This document shows, one piece after another, positions 1 to 8,465 of a stretch of DNA of 64,000 nt. A program made the translations under genes and the position numbers. Position 1 is the stretch's first letter; every line of letters begins with the position of its first letter. The stretch is from a virus. The stretch is taken from IMG/VR virus record IMGVR_UViG_3300049811_000081, positions 1 to 64,000 of that record. One strand, written 5' to 3'. The notes beneath the pieces are model-generated. The model had not been told where the DNA came from. It saw only the letters and a list, made by a program, of their open reading frames with translations, and did not search any database.

Positions 1-38
1 AATAAACATAGAATCAATCGAAAACTATTTTAAATAAT

Positions 39-488
39 ATGGAATCTTATTCGGACAAGTTTAAGGCGTATACGTCACCATCTCAGGTGATTACCATTCC
101 GACATGGATTGCAGCTATTGCCGCAGCCATATTCTTCGAGATGTGGTTTCTGGCATTGATACCCATTGTAAGAATGATTGAAATCTATTATTGGAGGTAT
201 GAATTCCATGAACGATCCGTTCTTGAGAGAAAGGGGGTATTCAGCGTAATACGCAAGGAGTTACTTTATCACAGGATTAAATCCCTGTCGGTTGAAGAAC
301 CATTCTGGTTGAGGATATTCGGTCTCGGTAACGTAACCATAAAATCCTCAGATCCATTCATGCCAGATCTACAACTATACGCAATTCCCAAACCCAATAG
401 GATCAGGGAAATCTTGAGGGAACTCACCAACAAGTACAGGAAAGAAGAGGGGTCCAAGGAGTTCGATATCTATAACCTCAACAAGTAA
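39..488 (+). CDS. Membrane-anchored bacterial PH-domain (bPH_2/YdbS-like) protein
   Basis: N-terminal TM helices then ERKGVFS..RKEL.YHRIKSLSVEEPFWLRIFGLGNVTI, the typical bPH_2 signature. Confidence 0.8.
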   Translation: MESYSDKFKAYTSPSQVITIPTWIAAIAAAIFFEMWFLALIPIVRMIEIYYWRYEFHERSVLERKGVFSVIRKELLYHRIKSLSVEEPFWLRIFGLGNVTIKSSDPFMPDLQLYAIPKPNRIREILRELTNKYRKEEGSKEFDIYNLNK

Positions 489-491
489 TAC

Positions 492-929
492 ATGAACTAC
501 TCGGATGCAAATACTATCGTCAAGACGAAGGAATCTCAACTCCCCAATATGTTTTTAATACCCTTACTAATAGTTGGGGTATTACACTGGTCTCTAACCA
601 TCCCAATCATTATTGTAATCATATGGAAAATATATGTCACCAATAAAGCAACGTATTACGTTAACCATAATGAAGTCATCATCCATAACCATTACACGGA
701 AAACAGAACCCTATACCGCACATATATCTTCGACGTAACACATTACCAGAGATGGTGGGAAAAACCATTCAATATAGGGACATTACTCCTCGATGTAAGA
801 CAACACGAATACTACGATATCGTAGTCCTTAAAAATATTGAGAACTTCAATGAATGCTATGAGGAGCTCAAAAATATCAAATCCAAAAAAGATGAATTCG
901 GGTATGACCCCTTCACCATAATAGAATAA
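492..929 (+). CDS. Divergent bPH_2-like membrane protein (probable paralogue of 39..488)
   Basis: TM segment then IFDVTHYQRWWEKPFNIGTL, similar to the PH-domain motif. Confidence 0.55.
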   Translation: MNYSDANTIVKTKESQLPNMFLIPLLIVGVLHWSLTIPIIIVIIWKIYVTNKATYYVNHNEVIIHNHYTENRTLYRTYIFDVTHYQRWWEKPFNIGTLLLDVRQHEYYDIVVLKNIENFNECYEELKNIKSKKDEFGYDPFTIIE

Positions 930-947
930 TCGTTATACACATTTAAG

Positions 948-979
948 GAAAACCCCTGACATTACAATCAGGGGTTTTT
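948..979 (+). terminator. Intrinsic terminator
   Basis: aaaacccctga-loop-tcaggggttttt hairpin just after the 492..929 stop. Confidence 0.75.
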
Positions 980-1090
980 AGTGCATGGATGTATGACATT
1001 GTTAATAAAAATTCGGCAAGATTTTTTTTTATCAAAATAAGGTGTTATATTTTTAGTACATAAATTATTAATCATTAAAAATTAAGTAAA

Positions 1091-1261
1091 ATGAAGACAA
1101 AGACAAGCAATTACACTCCCGTGAGCAACAACATCTATTTCGACGGGAATTCCTACCGAGTTCGTGTAACCCTAAATGGTGTCAGAACTTCCAAGAATTT
1201 CGAATCGAAAAAGAAAGCAATTCAGTACCGAAACCAACTACTGAAGGAAGTTGCACAATAA
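1091..1261 (+). CDS. 56-aa AP2/integrase-arm-type DNA-binding mini-protein (absent from the ORF track)
   Basis: Manual translation MKTKTSNYTPVSNNIYFDGNSYRVRVTLNGVRTSKNFESKKKAIQYRNQLLKEVAQ; A-rich leader, terminator downstream; IY..YRVR..NG..KNF...AI.YR pattern (3 strands + helix). Confidence 0.65.
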   Translation: MKTKTSNYTPVSNNIYFDGNSYRVRVTLNGVRTSKNFESKKKAIQYRNQLLKEVAQ

Positions 1262-1284
1262 TGGAGAGAGTGTGAAACCCGTTT

Positions 1285-1486
1285 TTATCCAGTTCCCTTG
1301 AAAAAACCCCCTCATTATGAGGGGGTTCTTTTTTATATAGATCCCCCTAAAAAGGGTATTAAAATGCGTTTAAAAAGATAAATATTATCCAGTGTTTTTC
1401 ATAAACCATTGATTATGTATGACACTGGATAAAATTTAAAGATCTATGCTAGTAAAAATACCACCCGTAATACACTGGATAATATT
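1285..1486. repeat. Four TTATCCAGT/ACTGGATAA boxes, including a 15-bp inverted repeat
   Basis: ttatccagt at 1285 and 1385; acactggataa at 1422 and 1472; 1381-1395 is the exact reverse complement of 1472-1486. Confidence 0.7.
1301..1333 (+). terminator. Intrinsic terminator (possibly bidirectional)
   Basis: aaaaaaccccctca-tta-tgagggggttcttttt. Confidence 0.75.
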
Positions 1487-1788
1487 CACAATGTCTAATA
1501 TTTTGGGTCTAATGTTGATACACTTAATTAGAGATGATCATAATGCATCACATATATATGGTGTATATATAACAATATAAAACGTATATATGGTGACCTA
1601 TAATAGGGTTCTTACGGCAAAAATTTGGCAAATATCCCTTACATTTGGGACGGGGGACAATACCCAAATGTTAATTAGTGTTAATAAGTGGAAATTTGTG
1701 TTAAAATCATATTTGGTTCCCGTATATCTGAGAGGGAATTCCATATATTTTTATATCTATATATCTGCACATATGTCATGATTTTTTG

Positions 1789-2043
1789 TCACGACAAAAA
1801 TTTATCTACACTGGAGCGCAAATACGTGGAATTTGTTCTTATTTCTAGTATTCCGATATGTTGATCGAAGAAATCTTCCTGACCATAAATGGTCACATAG
1901 ACATCCCAAAATACGGAGACCAGTTTTCTTTGTCTTAGTTCATTAAACCAGTTATCCAACATACATAACTGGTCTCCGTTCCTTATGACATCTCGGTATT
2001 GTTTAATGAACTCCATGATGAGTTCCTCATTAGTTATTACCAT
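1789..2043 (-). CDS. Array paralogue 1
   Basis: TNEELIMEFIKQYR..ELRQRKL..VYVTIYG. Confidence 0.85.
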   Translation of the reverse strand: MVITNEELIMEFIKQYRDVIRNGDQLCMLDNWFNELRQRKLVSVFWDVYVTIYGQEDFFDQHIGILEIRTNSTYLRSSVDKFLS

Positions 2044-2329
2044 AGGGATAGTTTATCATCGTCAACACATTAGTACAAGAATCATCGATTATATATAATT
2101 GAAAATATAACTCGTTAGCTGCCTTATCCCATTTACCATATAAAATCGTATATATTTTCGCAAATTCCTTACGCAAATTTCTGAGACCTAATTCAGAATA
2201 TAGTTTAAAAATGGGAGTCTCTTTATGACTTAAACAATTGGTTACCCATTTTTTTCTCGGTTTATGTAATTCGGTTTTGAATTCCTTCATAAATGCCATG
2301 ATGATTTCCTCATCTGATAGTTTATTCAT
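2030..2329 (-). CDS. Array paralogue 2
   Basis: LSDEEIIMAFMKEFK..LYSELGLRNL..IYTILYG. Confidence 0.85.
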   Translation of the reverse strand: MNKLSDEEIIMAFMKEFKTELHKPRKKWVTNCLSHKETPIFKLYSELGLRNLRKEFAKIYTILYGKWDKAANELYFQLYIIDDSCTNVLTMINYPYGNN

Positions 2330-2570
2330 TTGCTATCATATTTAAATCTAAGACATGGAGAAAGTCATGAATAAAATAGCTCTTACCATATAATATGGTA
2401 TAGATTTCCACAAATGTATTTACCAAACCTCTGTTATAAAGCTCTTTAAACCCACAATTAAGATCAGGCAGATCTTCATAATGGACTAAAAAACCGTGGA
2501 AATCCTTTAGGAATTTACGGAAATCCCTTACGAAATTCATCAGGACTTCCTCATCACTCATATTATTCAT
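2322..2570 (-). CDS. Array paralogue 3
   Basis: MSDEEVLMNFVRDFR..ELYNRGLVNTFVEIYTILYG. Confidence 0.85.
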   Translation of the reverse strand: MNNMSDEEVLMNFVRDFRKFLKDFHGFLVHYEDLPDLNCGFKELYNRGLVNTFVEIYTILYGKSYFIHDFLHVLDLNMIANE

Positions 2571-2576
2571 TTGCTA

Positions 2577-2822
2577 TCATAGGTTAGGGTTTCCATACAT
2601 CTGAATATCACAATATTTAAATTCTAGCGTCCATAGTAGGTCTTTGATGGAATCCCGATTACCATAAAGGGTATCATGTATTTTCACAAATGTATTCAGC
2701 AATCCTCTTTTTCTGATTTCCGCATATAATTCATGACAAACAGGGGATGCAACACAAAGATACGTATTTCTGAATTCCTTTAAGAATTCCATGATGACTT
2801 CCTCGTCTGATAGTTTATTCAT
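2577..2822 (-). CDS. Array paralogue 4
   Basis: LSDEEVIMEFLKEFR..LYAEIRKRGL..IHDTLYG. Confidence 0.85.
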   Translation of the reverse strand: MNKLSDEEVIMEFLKEFRNTYLCVASPVCHELYAEIRKRGLLNTFVKIHDTLYGNRDSIKDLLWTLEFKYCDIQMYGNPNL

Positions 2823-3054
2823 ATCTACTTAGTCTAATACTTCTCTCCATACCACGAACATATTTAGTCACACCATCATCACGATATAGTATATCATATG
2901 TTTTATACAATATATGATAGATAAACCTTTCTCTGGTTTCCATATATAAACGAATTCCGTATGGCGTGATTACTTTTTCATAACCATATATCCTGATTTC
3001 CTTTATGAACGCCATTATGACTTCCTCATCGGTCATTTGAAATAGTTTCTTCAT
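2815..3054 (-). CDS. Array paralogue 5
   Basis: MTDEEVIMAFIKEIR..LYMETRER..TYDILY. Confidence 0.85.
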   Translation of the reverse strand: MKKLFQMTDEEVIMAFIKEIRIYGYEKVITPYGIRLYMETRERFIYHILYKTYDILYRDDGVTKYVRGMERSIRLSRYE

Positions 3055-3340
3055 TGTTTCGATTACGTATCATGGTTTCAAATAAATTTAATTTTAATCT
3101 CATATCTAACAAATTTACGTATTCACGAGTTAATCCGCTCCCATATAATGAAATATAGATTTCCACAAATGTATTTACCAAATCCCTGTCATATAGTTCT
3201 TTAAAACTGTTATCAAGAACGGATAGATCTTCCAAATCTCCTTTCTTAATAAAGGTTGTTCTATTTATATAATCACGATATTCCTTTAGGAATTTCATAA
3301 GGACTTCCTCGTTTGTTAATATTTGTACTCCAATATCCAT
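3026..3340 (-). CDS. Array paralogue 6
   Basis: LTNEEVLMKFLKEYR..ELYDRDLVNTFVEIYISLYG. Confidence 0.85.
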   Translation of the reverse strand: MDIGVQILTNEEVLMKFLKEYRDYINRTTFIKKGDLEDLSVLDNSFKELYDRDLVNTFVEIYISLYGSGLTREYVNLLDMRLKLNLFETMIRNRNNEETISNDR

Positions 3341-3546
3341 AATAGATCATTTGTTACATCACTCCTGCCATAAAGGGTGCCATATATTTCCACAAATGTA
3401 TTTACCAAACCCCTGTTTCTCAATTCCCCATATAAATATAATTCATGACAATTATAAAGATCATTTTGGTTATAATCCAATTTTCTGAATTCCTTTAGGA
3501 ACTCCATCAGGACTTCTTCATCCCGTAAGTTAAAGAGGTTCTTCAC
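3316..3546 (-). CDS. Array paralogue 7
   Basis: RDEEVLMEFLKEFR..LYGELRNRGLVNTFVEIYGTLYG. Confidence 0.85.
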   Translation of the reverse strand: MKNLFNLRDEEVLMEFLKEFRKLDYNQNDLYNCHELYLYGELRNRGLVNTFVEIYGTLYGRSDVTNDLLWILEYKY

Positions 3547-3866
3547 GTAAACGTTTTATCTCCAACAGATTCAGGACTGTCTCCATATAACAAATTACGC
3601 AAACGTCTTATCTCTAACAGATTCAGGACTCTCTCCACATATAGGATTTCCCTCACATATCTGATATCCACATTTTGATGATATAATATAAAATAGATTT
3701 CTTTGAAGACATCCACAAGACCTCTTTCATGGATTTCATTATATTTATTCCGAAGGTCTTCGCTGACACCATAAATGGGTCCACCCCCGAGCAAGAGGAT
3801 TTCATGCCGAAACTCCACAATGAATTCCGCCAGGACTTCCTCATTTAATGCCTCAGATTTTACCAT
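3543..3866 (-). CDS. Array paralogue 8
   Basis: LNEEVLAEFIVEFR..EIHERGL..IYFILY. Confidence 0.85.
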   Translation of the reverse strand: MVKSEALNEEVLAEFIVEFRHEILLLGGGPIYGVSEDLRNKYNEIHERGLVDVFKEIYFILYHQNVDIRYVREILYVERVLNLLEIRRLRNLLYGDSPESVGDKTFT

Positions 3867-4111
3867 AATATCTCCTCCGTTCTTCTTCTATTCATTATTG
3901 AATATAATTTATAAGTCTTAATGTAGATATCATCACCCTCATTATATAATAAATTATAAATCCTTATGCAAGTATCTCGCAAACCCCTATTATATAATTC
4001 ACCGTAGTATATATTCAGGTCAAAAGCGTCGGGATGTTCGTATTGGTGGTAATCCAACATCCGGTATTCCTTTATAAACGCCATTATGAGTTCCTCGTTG
4101 CTCATCCGCAT
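3860..4111 (-). CDS. Array paralogue 9
   Basis: MSNEELIMAFIKEYR..ELYNRGL..IYNLLY. Confidence 0.85.
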   Translation of the reverse strand: MRMSNEELIMAFIKEYRMLDYHQYEHPDAFDLNIYYGELYNRGLRDTCIRIYNLLYNEGDDIYIKTYKLYSIMNRRRTEEILW

Positions 4112-4374
4112 ATGGATCTGTTAATTACGGCATGGAGTTCATTTTTGGTCATGGCATAATGCAACTCCCATATGTCATTAAGAATGTCTTTATTGTAACC
4201 ATATAATAACATATATAACATCGGAATATTTTTGGTTAATTTCTTCTTCCACATTACCTCATAACGGGAAACCAAATCATCGGGAGGATCGGTTTGGGTG
4301 GTAACCGACCAATTGTGTAGTTCCCTTATGAACTCCATAATGAGTTCTTCATTTGATGACTTATTTTTTTCCAT
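4102..4374 (-). CDS. Array paralogue 10
   Basis: SNEELIMEFIREL..LYMLLYG. Confidence 0.8.
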   Translation of the reverse strand: MEKNKSSNEELIMEFIRELHNWSVTTQTDPPDDLVSRYEVMWKKKLTKNIPMLYMLLYGYNKDILNDIWELHYAMTKNELHAVINRSICG

Positions 4375-4591
4375 ATAAAATGTTACCGATTTTTAATGCC
4401 GAACCATATAAACCCCTGTTTTGTAGTTCCGTTGTTATGGTGAGATCAGTACATTCCATCAATAGTAATATTCTATCCCATGTGGACAAATGTATATTTC
4501 TTTCCACTCTTTTACAATAGGTTTTGTACTCATTCAAATATGTCATAATGAGCTCCTCATCACCCAATGAATTAATCAATTCGTCAATCAT
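4361..4591 (-). CDS. Array paralogue 11
   Basis: GDEELIMTYLNEYK..ELQNRGL..ILYG. Confidence 0.8.
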   Translation of the reverse strand: MIDELINSLGDEELIMTYLNEYKTYCKRVERNIHLSTWDRILLLMECTDLTITTELQNRGLYGSALKIGNILYGKK

Positions 4592-4884
4592 TGTATAAGT
4601 CTTGGTTTAAGTTTCAAATTTCCCATAACGTTATCAAAATATTTATATCTTAACTCATTTAATACGATCTGAGCTTTCCGATCCCAAGAACCATATATGA
4701 TTTTATATAATTCCACAAACTGTTTTTTCAAACTCCTTATATTCAAATCAACATATAAGATATAAATGTCAGAATATGTGTCGTATCTATATGCAACGTC
4801 CCTGATATTCTTTAAGGCATTGAATTCCATTCGGAATTCTTTCATGAAAGCCATTATGGTCTCTTCGTTTGATAAATTACCCAT
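4588..4884 (-). CDS. Array paralogue 12
   Basis: LSNEETIMAFMKEFR..LYKIIYG. Confidence 0.85.
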   Translation of the reverse strand: MGNLSNEETIMAFMKEFRMEFNALKNIRDVAYRYDTYSDIYILYVDLNIRSLKKQFVELYKIIYGSWDRKAQIVLNELRYKYFDNVMGNLKLKPRLIQ

Positions 4885-5167
4885 GTCGATATGTGTGATA
4901 TCCGCGAATGAAATAATCTATGTCACCCATTATAATCCTCTCGGTATTTAGGTCATCCCAACCATATATGGTTACATATATATCATTAAAAGTATTTAAC
5001 AATGATTTTCTCACCATTTTATCATATAATTCCAAAATACGGTCACTGGGTTTAACAAAGGTGCTAATACCCATATTTCTTCGTTTCGGAACTTCCGTTC
5101 TGATTTCCTTTATGAACTCCATAATGAGTACCTCATCCAATAAAAATGCTCTATTCTCCAACATCAA
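4877..5167 (-). CDS. Array paralogue 13
   Basis: DEVLIMEFIKEIR..IYVTIYG. Confidence 0.8.
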   Translation of the reverse strand: MMLENRAFLLDEVLIMEFIKEIRTEVPKRRNMGISTFVKPSDRILELYDKMVRKSLLNTFNDIYVTIYGWDDLNTERIIMGDIDYFIRGYHTYRHG

Positions 5168-5405
5168 ATATTCTTGACTTGATTAAACCATTATAGAACA
5201 CCCTCTCAACGGCATCTACATATTTGGTCACTATGACATCACCATATAATATCTGATATGTTTTAAACATTTCAATAAAAACAGTTCTTTGCGCGATCTC
5301 CGCGTATAGAAATAATCCATATTCCTCAACTCGTTGATTATGGATAAACATCCTGATTTCCTTTATGAACCCCATAATGACCTCCTCGTTTGATAACTTA
5401 CCCAT
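5151..5405 (-). CDS. Array paralogue 14
   Basis: LSNEEVIMGFIKEIR..LYAEIAQR..TYQILYG. Confidence 0.85.
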   Translation of the reverse strand: MGKLSNEEVIMGFIKEIRMFIHNQRVEEYGLFLYAEIAQRTVFIEMFKTYQILYGDVIVTKYVDAVERVFYNGLIKSRIFDVGE

Positions 5406-5631
5406 GCAAAAAAATCCAAATTAATTTAGGATACAATGTTTTGTATATATTGATCGCCGTTTCCAATAAACCCCTCTTCCCCAATTCCCTTACGATCTCA
5501 TTATAGAAATTCCTATCGTTCACGTTAAATCTATTCTGCGTTCTTTCCATGTGCATGAAACGAATTATCAATTCCTCATTGGATAATTTGAGACAGATCT
5601 CAATGATGTCCATATTTGAAAGTTTATTCAT
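5398..5631 (-). CDS. Array paralogue 15 (start refined to MNKLSN)
   Basis: LSNEELIIRFMHMER..ELGKRGL..IYKTLYP. Confidence 0.8.
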   Translation of the reverse strand: MNKLSNMDIIEICLKLSNEELIIRFMHMERTQNRFNVNDRNFYNEIVRELGKRGLLETAINIYKTLYPKLIWIFLHG

Positions 5632-5869
5632 TCTTAAAAGGAAACCTTCGTATTTTACAAAGACAATCAATATACTTAATGACTTCGTAATCGTCATGAT
5701 ATAGTATTCCGTATAATGTGTCAAATTTTTGGTAAACATATCTTTTCATGAGTTCATGATATAAATCAATACCGTATTTTCTAACGTATTGATCATGCAC
5801 AAATATCCTAACCTCCCTTATGAACTCCATAATGAGATCCTCATCACTTAATTTATTGATTTTATCCAT
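5624..5869 (-). CDS. Array paralogue 16
   Basis: LSDEDLIMEFIREVR..LYHELMKR..LYGILY. Confidence 0.85.
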   Translation of the reverse strand: MDKINKLSDEDLIMEFIREVRIFVHDQYVRKYGIDLYHELMKRYVYQKFDTLYGILYHDDYEVIKYIDCLCKIRRFPFKNE

Positions 5870-6113
5870 ACGAATCCATTGATCTCATTATATCCATGTT
5901 ACGAATATACTTAATTAATTCTTTATCCCCATATAATACCCGATATATATCACTCATTTTGTGGTAAATGTATCTTCCCCATATTTCCGAATATAAATCA
6001 GTCCCATATTGTTTGATGTGTCGTGACCGAATATACATCCTGACCTCCTTTATGAACTCCACAATGAGCTCAGCATCACTTAATTTATAGATCTCTTTCA
6101 TTGACGACAACAT
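5862..6113 (-). CDS. Array paralogue 17
   Basis: LSDAELIVEFIKEVR..IYRVLYG. Confidence 0.85.
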   Translation of the reverse strand: MLSSMKEIYKLSDAELIVEFIKEVRMYIRSRHIKQYGTDLYSEIWGRYIYHKMSDIYRVLYGDKELIKYIRNMDIMRSMDSYG

Positions 6114-6116
6114 TTA

Positions 6117-6233
6117 TTATCTCAATACGAGATGACCATCTTCTATTATTCTGGTTTTGCGGAACACCCTGGTTTCGGTTATGAACGCATAAACCAACTC
6201 CTCCCTATCCGATATATGGGCTATATACTCCAT
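6117..6233 (-). pseudogene. Truncated array paralogue (38 aa, helix 1 only)
   Basis: Manual translation MEYIAHISDREELVYAFITETRVFRKTRIIEDGHLVLR*; lacks the ELxxR and LYG helices. Confidence 0.6.
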
Positions 6234-6465
6234 CTCCAATCAATTGGTTTTGCAAATGATATATGTATATGTTAAAATAAACCCAATACTGATCCTCATA
6301 TAATGCCTTATATACATTAATGTAATCATTATAGATATTCTTCTCAATTAATAACCCCCTCATATCCACATGTTGTTTATTTACGCGTTTATGGATCAAA
6401 TATGATCTGGTTTCCTTAATGAATTCCATAATGAGATCTTCATTGGAGATTTCACCACATTTCAT
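6205..6465 (-). CDS. Array paralogue 18
   Basis: ISNEDLIMEFIKETR..VYKALY. Confidence 0.85.
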   Translation of the reverse strand: MKCGEISNEDLIMEFIKETRSYLIHKRVNKQHVDMRGLLIEKNIYNDYINVYKALYEDQYWVYFNIYIYHLQNQLIGDGVYSPYIG

Positions 6466-6707
6466 AATGGATAGTATTTTAGTCTTACCAATATCCTGAT
6501 CTCTGTGAGATTAAGACCATAAATGATTTCATATATTTGTTTGAAATCAATATATAATTCCCTACGCATTAATTCACGGTACATCATCCTCAAATGATGA
6601 TCAGGGAGATAATTTCTTTGAGGTTCTAATTCCCATATGTATTTCACTTCCTCCCGTAAATTCTTAATGAATTCCATGATGACCTGTTCGTTACTTAATT
6701 CCTTCAT
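6462..6707 (-). CDS. Array paralogue 19
   Basis: LSNEQVIMEFIKNLR..YRELMRREL..IYEIIYG. Confidence 0.85.
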   Translation of the reverse strand: MKELSNEQVIMEFIKNLREEVKYIWELEPQRNYLPDHHLRMMYRELMRRELYIDFKQIYEIIYGLNLTEIRILVRLKYYPL

Positions 6708-6957
6708 AAACGTCTATTGAAGACCAACATTCCTCTCCATCTAACCAATATTTCATTATTTTGAGAATAAATTCATCTATCAGGGTATCATCATACATGG
6801 CACGATATAACCACTCACACTCCTTATATAGATTATTACCCATGATTTCAACATGTAGATCAAAATGATAAGGTCTCAGGATTTTATCCTTCCCGAACGC
6901 CCTCATTTGTCCAATGAATTCCATAATCAGTTCCTCGTTTGACATATCCCGAACCAT
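6691..6957 (-). CDS. Array paralogue 20
   Basis: MSNEELIMEFIGQMR..LYRAMY. Confidence 0.85.
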   Translation of the reverse strand: MVRDMSNEELIMEFIGQMRAFGKDKILRPYHFDLHVEIMGNNLYKECEWLYRAMYDDTLIDEFILKIMKYWLDGEECWSSIDVYEGIK

Positions 6958-7156
6958 TTTTAAAAACTATCGCACAAGTAAAATCAATACACCAATTATC
7001 ACCATATAAGACATGATATAATTCCCAATAATCCCCATACATATCGTTTTCACACAATTCCTTATATAGTTCAAAATGAAAATCCTCCACGATTTGGTTT
7101 TTGGTGAACTTTCTGGTTTCCACAATGAATTCCATTATGACATAGATATCCGTCAT
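6884..7156 (-). CDS. Array paralogue 21
   Basis: VIMEFIVETR..LYKEL..LYHVLYG. Confidence 0.8.
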   Translation of the reverse strand: MTDIYVIMEFIVETRKFTKNQIVEDFHFELYKELCENDMYGDYWELYHVLYGDNWCIDFTCAIVFKNGSGYVKRGTDYGIHWTNEGVREG

Positions 7157-7368
7157 TGTTCTAACCCCCTTAGTTCATGCATCAACCATAACATACTACC
7201 ATTTATAAAAACATGTTCGGGATAAAGAACATAAAATAACCTCATGGTGGTTACAACCAACCCCCTTCTGTGTAACTCCTTATAGAGCTCAAAATAATCT
7301 CCCTTATACATTGAACCTAAATTCAATTCCATTTTAATGAACTTCATAATAATCTCCTCGTCTGTCAT
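7153..7368 (-). CDS. Array paralogue 22 (start refined to MTDEE)
   Basis: MTDEEIIMKFIKME..LYKELHRRGL..FYVLYP. Confidence 0.8.
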   Translation of the reverse strand: MTDEEIIMKFIKMELNLGSMYKGDYFELYKELHRRGLVVTTMRLFYVLYPEHVFINGSMLWLMHELRGLEQ

Positions 7369-7529
7369 TTGAAATATAGTATTCTGTAAATGTCCATCGC
7401 TGTTCCGAAAAGTTTTCTGATCACCAGTTCTCGACAAATATGACCATATTCTGGATCATAACCGAGCTCCAATTTATTTGCTTTGCGTTCAAATTCCAAA
7501 AACCTCACTATGAGTTCTTCATCCGTCAT
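7365..7529 (-). CDS. Array paralogue 23 (54 aa, absent from the ORF track)
   Basis: Manual translation MTDEELIVRFLEFERKANKLELGYDPEYGHICRELVIRKLFGTAMDIYRILYFK; ATGA overlaps at both ends. Confidence 0.8.
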   Translation of the reverse strand: MTDEELIVRFLEFERKANKLELGYDPEYGHICRELVIRKLFGTAMDIYRILYFK

Positions 7530-7780
7530 AATCTTTTCATTCTATTTTTTTCCGCTAGTACATTTATGCTATAAAATAAAAGTGAATAAATATATTTATG
7601 ACACAAATCATCACCATATAATGCCTTATATACGTCACAATATGTGTCCTCAAAACGTCGATAACAGATCTCATCATAGATATCCTCATCGTAATCACTC
7701 AGGGTCGTTTCATTAACCCACCGTCTGGTTTGCAAAATGAACTCCATAATGAGTTTCTCGTTTGTCATAGATATAACCAT
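7526..7780 (-). CDS. Array paralogue 24
   Basis: MTNEKLIMEFILQTR..EICYRR..VYKALYG. Confidence 0.85.
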   Translation of the reverse strand: MVISMTNEKLIMEFILQTRRWVNETTLSDYDEDIYDEICYRRFEDTYCDVYKALYGDDLCHKYIYSLLFYSINVLAEKNRMKRL

Positions 7781-7974
7781 AGAATTGTGTGTATTGGGAC
7801 TTGTTCCCCGTAAAGTGTTTGATATATGGCAAAAGAAAGTCTCAACAAATTCCTATCCCCCAACTTTCTTGCAATTTTCAGAATTTCTGAATCTCTGTTA
7901 ATAATGGGTGGCACATTTCTGAGTTGATACATGAATTCCATTATGAGTTTCTCGTTTGATGTTCTCATCTCCAT
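7765..7974 (-). CDS. Array paralogue 25
   Basis: SNEKLIMEFMYQLR..DRNL..IYQTLYG. Confidence 0.85.
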   Translation of the reverse strand: MEMRTSNEKLIMEFMYQLRNVPPIINRDSEILKIARKLGDRNLLRLSFAIYQTLYGEQVPIHTILWLYL

Positions 7975-8213
7975 AATCTCTGTGAATAATGAAACAGGCT
8001 CGACGGAGAAAAACTGTGATTTGGATATAGGGTCTCAAATATTTCATAAGTGGGTTTAAAAATTCCCCTTCTACGCAATTCCCGAAACAATTTACGATAC
8101 GTCACACCATATCGATTTGGTTCTTCTAAATTCCTCTCCAACCTAATGAACGTCATCATGAGATCCTCATCACTTAATTTTTCCATTTCTTTAAAAGTCT
8201 TCTGCTCTGTCAT
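7965..8213 (-). CDS. Array paralogue 26
   Basis: LSDEDLMMTFIRLER..ELRRRGI..IFETLYP. Confidence 0.85.
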   Translation of the reverse strand: MTEQKTFKEMEKLSDEDLMMTFIRLERNLEEPNRYGVTYRKLFRELRRRGIFKPTYEIFETLYPNHSFSPSSLFHYSQRLWR

Positions 8214-8234
8214 AATTCCTGTTGTAAATTATTA

Positions 8235-8465
8235 CTATCCTTCAACAACTCTTGCATTAAAAAATGCACTAGATGAATGAAACCTATGGTCTGGATACAT
8301 GGCACAAAATATCATATATGTGGGGATCATTAATTCCCTATCAAACAATTCCGCAAATAATACACCATATGATATTCTCGATAGATTTGAATATGGTAAA
8401 TTCCTCTCTATCTTAATGTATTCCATTATGAGTTCTTCATTACTCAATTCTTCCACCTCTCTCAT
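8235..8465 (-). CDS. Array paralogue 27
   Basis: LSNEELIMEYIKIER..ELFDREL..IFCAMYP. Confidence 0.85.
   Translation of the reverse strand: MREVEELSNEELIMEYIKIERNLPYSNLSRISYGVLFAELFDRELMIPTYMIFCAMYPDHRFHSSSAFFNARVVEG

Noticed and set aside
1590-1781. 63-aa + strand ORF
   Set aside because: Lies in a low-complexity AT-rich tract after a terminator and has no recognisable motif; probably spurious.
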